NCBI GenBank assembly: GCA_018401705.1
Contig: JAGYKL010000004.1
Coordinates: 37,810 to 101,809 of the forward strand
Origin: Bacteroidia bacterium
GTDB lineage: Bacteria; Bacteroidota; Bacteroidia; M30B66
Direction: 5' to 3'
Length of the DNA stretch: 64,000 bases
This document shows, piece by piece, positions 63,673 to 64,000 of the stretch. The translations under genes and the position numbers were made by a program. Numbering within the stretch: the stretch's first letter is position 1; each line of letters starts with the position of its first letter. Below the pieces are notes generated by a model. The model was given only the letters and a program-made list of their open reading frames with translations, was not told the origin of the DNA and made no database searches.

Positions 63673-64000
63673 GCGATTCGGATTCTTTAGAAACGAAATC
63701 AACAAGCTCTTGAACATACTCTTCAGAGAAGTTGAATTTAATTCCTGCATGCTCATATAATTCGGGCAATGTATAGGAATAACCTTCAGATAATGCTATT
63801 TCATACTGGTGAAGAGCCTGTTTCGGATTTTCTTTATAATTCCTCCAAATACCTATAGCTCCTAATTGAGCAATGCCATATTCAAGATAATAGAATGGAA
63901 CTTCAAACAAGTGAAGTTGTCTATGCCAAGAATAGCTTTCAAAATCGGGATATTGGCTTCTATCTATAATCTTTCCTGAGTATTTTCTAGATAACTCAAG
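63662..64000 (-). CDS. M3-family oligoendopeptidase F-like protein, C-terminal fragment (gene continues beyond window)
   Basis: The reading frame stays open to the window edge. The C-terminal FEVPFYYLEYGIAQLGAIGIW segment is typical of the PepF/M3 C-terminus. Confidence 0.55.
   Translation of the reverse strand, partial: LELSRKYSGKIIDRSQYPDFESYSWHRQLHLFEVPFYYLEYGIAQLGAIGIWRNYKENPKQALHQYEIALSEGYSYTLPELYEHAGIKFNFSEEYVQELVDFVSKESESLKN

Overview
The window is a dense, almost entirely protein-coding chromosomal segment of about 38% GC. It carries the hallmarks of a Bacteroidota genome, probably Flavobacteriia or Cytophagia. These include a long-form YidC, SurA/parvulin periplasmic chaperone genes, a PorT-like and a PorQ-like outer-membrane protein, and a giant secreted protein ending in a type IX secretion (T9SS) C-terminal sorting domain. 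Most genes are housekeeping: miaA, cca, dapD, dapF, guaB, gap, degP, ubiE, hemE, pyrG, pckA, ridA, yidC, adk, hpt, purK and purE, plus LPS heptose genes, M16 peptidases and an M3 peptidase fragment at the right edge. I found no transposase, integrase, CRISPR array, tRNA or rRNA, and no recognisable defence-system genes. The non-routine content is as follows. (1) A 3461-aa T9SS cargo protein whose 6.2-kb core is an array of 11 FN3-like and 8 CUB-like modules, preceded by a small secreted protein with a duplicated motif. (2) An in-frame fusion of an S9 oligopeptidase-B-type peptidase to a complete CarbopepD_reg/DUF5686-type protein (1516 aa). (3) A translationally coupled pair encoding a PorQ-like beta-barrel and a 696-aa predicted outer-membrane beta-barrel with an N-terminal ComEA-like helix-hairpin-helix motif, which may be a DNA-binding outer-membrane protein. 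(4) A coupled three-gene unit: an Rpe-fold paralog lacking the canonical substrate loop, a Thermotoga-type DAHP synthase, and a KdsC-like HAD phosphatase with an N-terminal extension. (5) A perfect 9-unit CTATCYA heptanucleotide tandem repeat abutting the guaB stop codon. (6) Several tightly coupled operons that join hypothetical genes to core genes (miaA, dapF). All calls rest on reading the translated ORFs and the nucleotide sequence by eye. No database searches were run.
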